Below, piece after piece: positions 63,129 to 64,000 of a DNA stretch of 64,000 bases (its first letter is position 1; each line of letters begins with the position of its first letter). Origin of the DNA: Antedon mediterranea (taxonomy: Eukaryota; Animalia; Echinodermata). Both the position numbers and the translations under genes were made by a program. The notes under the pieces are model-generated. The model ran no database searches, had not been told where the DNA came from, and worked only from the letters and a program-made list of their open reading frames with translations. Where the stretch lies: NCBI RefSeq assembly GCF_964355755.1, contig NC_092670.1, positions 23,732,795-23,796,794 on the forward strand. The letters run 5' to 3'.

Positions 63129-64000
63129 AACTAGAATTTAATTCGTCACTTTGACGAATTATAGGTGATCATTTTATCATTTTAATAAAATTAACATTTG
63201 TTAAACATGCATGTACGTTAACATACGATCGTTAAAAGTTGATGTACGCCATCCTATGACATGATGCATATACACTTATAGTGCTGAGTTCTACCTATTA
63301 TGTGTCATACAATATGTACAGTACTGTATAGCTATATACAGTGTAGCATAGGTGAAATTACGGGACTCATATCGTGTTCTAATTTTTTGGTATGATGGAA
63401 TTTTCAAAATAAACTCGAAGATAACAATTTCGAAAGATAATGAATTGAGCAAATAAATATAAGGATTGGAAGAAAATTTGACACGTAGAAGCGCAATGCG
63501 CGGTCTTTGTAATTTGTATAACTTTGACTAAAGAAATTTAAAAACTACTTTTTAACTTCAACTGGCCATATGATAACATCACAACATCCGATAGGCTTAA
63601 TTTTAATATGAATTCATATCTACATTTCATCAGCTTTCATAATAAGTTATAATCTTCAAGGTCACCTTTAATTCTGAAGAGCTATAAGATATTCAAATGT
63701 ATGGTGTAGCTGAAATTACACGACCTAGGTTATTCAAGTTTTTACGCGTGATGACGTCATCAAAATAAAAATGTTGACAACTCATTAGAAGAATAATTAA
63801 TTGAGCAAGCACATACTAAAAGTTGTGCGAAAATCAGGCTCAAATAACGGAGATGCGCTCTATTGAATGTGATAACCCACACAAAAAGATACAAATTCCT
63901 AATTTTTAAATTCAAGTGGCCATTTGATGACGTCATACCATTTTGTACGTCTAATGTGTATATACATTTGTATCTACAACTTATTGGCTTCCATAATAAG
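63129..64000. mobile_element. Second, diverged member of the 61016 Helentron-like family, truncated by the window edge
   Basis: AACTAGAATTT-AATTCGTCA-CTT-TGACGAATT, with collinear blocks TAGTGCTGA.TTCT, TAGGTGAAATTACGGGAC and ACTGGCCATATGAT.AC.TCACAACATC. Confidence 0.72.

Overview
AT-rich, intron-rich animal genomic DNA; the gene content and repeat types suggest a marine invertebrate deuterostome, probably an echinoderm, but the taxon is inference only. Three protein-coding genes lie on the minus strand. (1) A giant MUC4-like mucin starts at ATG 29252 and runs off the left edge. I reconstructed 44 phase-compatible exons (13,791 nt, at least 4,597 aa): signal peptide, six tandem [Pro/Thr-repeat + SEA] modules, LDLa, 2 sushi, 2 EGF, NIDO-AMOP-VWD, about 9 EGF, then an acidic Thr-rich repeat exon. 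(2) A complete 5-exon TARP/CACNG5/7-like gene (37693-31912, 317 aa). (3) The 3' half of a conventional protein kinase C (56844-45206) with two alternative last exons that match vertebrate PKC-betaII/alpha and PKC-betaI in sequence and order. The PKC-then-CACNG arrangement mirrors the three vertebrate PRKC-CACNG clusters. Introns hold an L2-clade LINE fragment, Penelope-like element ends with minimal hammerhead ribozymes, a 364-bp tandem repeat carrying a complete tRNA-like cloverleaf, a 9-bp-TSD MITE, a Harbinger-type MITE, Helitron/Helentron-type elements and tRNA-derived SINEs. All exon boundaries were read by eye from splice dinucleotides and codon phase; no database search was run.
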